From Gnetum montanum (Eukaryota > Plantae > Gnetophyta), in assembly GCA_015680685.1 (NCBI GenBank), contig MNCI01001630.1, positions 124,478 to 188,477 of the forward strand: a stretch of DNA of 64,000 bases, given 5' to 3'. Every line of letters begins with the position of its first letter. Position 1 is the stretch's first letter. The position numbers and the translations under genes are program-made. Positions 61,772 to 64,000 of this stretch are shown in pieces. Under the pieces are notes generated by a model. That model was not told where the DNA came from, did not search any database, and saw nothing but the letters and a program-made list of their open reading frames with translations.

Positions 61772-64000
61772 ATGGCACCAAAACTAAAATTCCCAGAGGA
61801 AGGAGAACCCTCTTAACCAAGGGAGAAGTGACCCAAAGCTAGAAGGGGCCAACAAGAACAAGTCCAAGAACCATCGAAGGTACTCCATGTAGTGGAACCT
61901 CTTCATAAGGAGCCTAAAGTGGAATCTATTTAACAAATTTCAAATGAAGTGCCCACCAAGAAATCATAGTAAGAAGAATTTCTTGGACCCATGCTAAGGC
62001 TTGAAGTTACTTTGACTCAACCCTACCTTAACATCATCGAGTCCCAAGAGATTTAACGATAAGTTCTCCAAGAAATGAACTTTGGGCCATTCCTAGAGAA
62101 AGCTCTAGTAGAAGTTAAAACATAATTGTAAACCTCTCCCATGTGGCCAATCATCACATCTAGTGGAAATGGTACATGGGAGAGACATATCTCTTTTAGA
62201 ATAATCAAAGGCTAGGGTCCATACTCAAGATCAAGGATATTCAAGTATCTTACTAGGCCGAAGCTATTGCACAGGCACTAGGGTTGCCTGACATTGGAAC
62301 ATAGTTGGCAAAGCTATCAATGAAAGGTGATCCTGATACCAAGATGAAGTGGACTTAGCAATGCTATAGGGTTGACCATAAAGGGTATAGTGCACTCACA
62401 CTGGCAAAGCATAACTATTTTAAAATTGCAACCTATCACCTCAATCCAATGGTGAGGCCCAACAAGGTGACCATCTTTTCCACCCTAGCATCCACCAATC
62501 TAAGTGGAAAATTTCTTGTGAACCTTCCATAACTCATCTACTTGGAAATAGAAAAGCATTTCAAAGAAAACAAACATGGAAGAAAAACCCTACCCTTTCC
62601 ATGCCTCATCCAAAAACTCTACAAAAGGGCAAGAATCATTCGCTATTCAAATGACATAATTAGGCATGCTCCTTTGGCCTCATGGTCTGAAATTATGAAA
62701 TACAAGTCACCAACAACAACTCAAGAAGAGTAGTAGTTGCCACCACCACTTCCTACTCAAGAAACATTACCGGAGGCCCATGTAGCCATTGAGTGCCTAC
62801 ACAAAATTTGAAAGCAACTCTTGAGTGAGCAAAAGCAATGCATAGGGATGAGTGATGTGGATCCATCTATGTACCAACTAGTAATGCATCACCTTAATGA
62901 GGTGGCTTAAATAATTAGTCAAATGGAGAGGGGTGGGCAAATATTCTCTACCCAATAAACACAGTTGCCCATGAGATTAGATCCCAATGCTCAAGAGGTG
63001 ACGTTGTCCTTATCACAATACCATTTATTCCCAAAAATCTCTGGGAATATTTCCACCTTCTTGGTGTGATTGGAGGAAGGCGAAGGGGCAACTATCTTGC
63101 TAATCCAACACTAAGGGTAGGAAATGGCAGCTGAAGTGGTCACTAACCATGTAGCTAAAGCACTCAATGCACTTATGGCATCTGTACTAGACATATCTAT
63201 GCTTCGAGATGTGCAGATGTCTGCAAGCATGCTCAACAAGAAAATGAATGTAGCCCAACATGAGGAATTGTTGGATCAATTAGTGGGGTCCAAGCAATCA
63301 ATTCTAAATATCTTTGATTTTCTAGAAAACATCACTGCAACCTAGTTAGAGCTGCTAAATGCAAGGGGCAAGTGCATCATCTTGGAGGGGCAACTTGAAA
63401 TGGTCAATGCTTGGCCACAAAGGTTGCCAAATTACGTGCCCTCCTTACTGATCCTACAATCCTCAACCCAATAACAACCAAAGTGAAGCTTTTTAATAGC
63501 TTTAAGAATAATTTCGAAAGGCTAAGGAGGAGACAGTAATGGCCATCTTTAACAAGTCCATAGTATAGGCAAAGACCTATTCAATTTAGAAGGACTTGGC
63601 TTAGATACACTAGGAGAATGAAGCTTTGACTACACAAAACCATCGCCTATGCAATGTTGATGCCTAGAAGGAACAAATACAAGAATTTATTCATCAACAA
63701 CAAGAGTAGCTTGCCATGGTAAACACTAAGTTAAGGAGATTAGCCACAAAGAATTGGAATCTATCAATGGAAGAGGTTCATGCCTTGCACCAGAAATCTA
63801 CTATCAAAATTTCTGCCTAGAAGAATGAAGCCTTGGAAAAGTTAAAGATCACTATAGAGACTAGGTTGGCCTACAAAAGGAAGTTAATGATAAGCACATC
63901 TAAATGATGAAGGCAAAAATAAATGAAGCCCTCCAACAACTACAACAAGGATAAGAAGTTTGGTAGCCCATCATTGATGGGATTGATGCCTATAATAAAG
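61772..64000 (+). pseudogene. Athila-like accessory ORF of A2 (runs off the window)
   Basis: Starts MAPK; EMNFGPF, AIAQALGLPDIG, TLPFPCLIQKLYKRARI, coiled-coil tail. Confidence 0.78.

Larger units (their letters stand above)
7883..64000 (+). mobile_element. Athila-like Ty3/gypsy element A2 (gag-PR-RT-RH-INT plus accessory ORF), interrupted by B/C and D; 3' end beyond the window
   Basis: LTR end, PBS and gag at 8685-8762. RT rejoins across 12000/48527 via TSD AAGAC; INT rejoins across 49726/58487 via TSD CTGAC. The start coordinate is approximate. Confidence 0.85.

Overview
This window is plant-type, heavily methylation-decayed (CG/CHG-depleted) DNA made entirely of nested, degenerate Ty3/gypsy LTR retrotransposons. 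I found no host gene. The nest can be reconstructed from LTR pairs, primer-binding sites (PBS) and target-site duplications (TSDs). A1 is a pol-less Athila-like element (1-~7880) carrying a 325-bp solo LTR. A2 is a second Athila-like element (~7883 to beyond 64000). Its RT is split by a Tat/Ogre-like element B (12001-48526, TSD AAGAC) and its integrase by a pol-less Athila-like element D (49727-58486, TSD CTGAC). The RT of B is split in turn by an inverted relative, C (24790-42086, TSD AACAT/AACGT), which has lost its RT-RH-aRH-INT core. The most unusual feature is shared by B and C: protease and RT are separated by a ~5.7-6.0 kb intron-like interval. That interval holds a complete antisense gene with its own TATA box and 8 exons / 7 introns conserved in both copies (about 1,050-1,100 codons), flanked by family-specific tandem arrays. 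The Athila-like elements carry their own accessory ORF with an internal promoter. All ORFs are pseudogenised. Domain names come from motif recognition by eye, not database searches.
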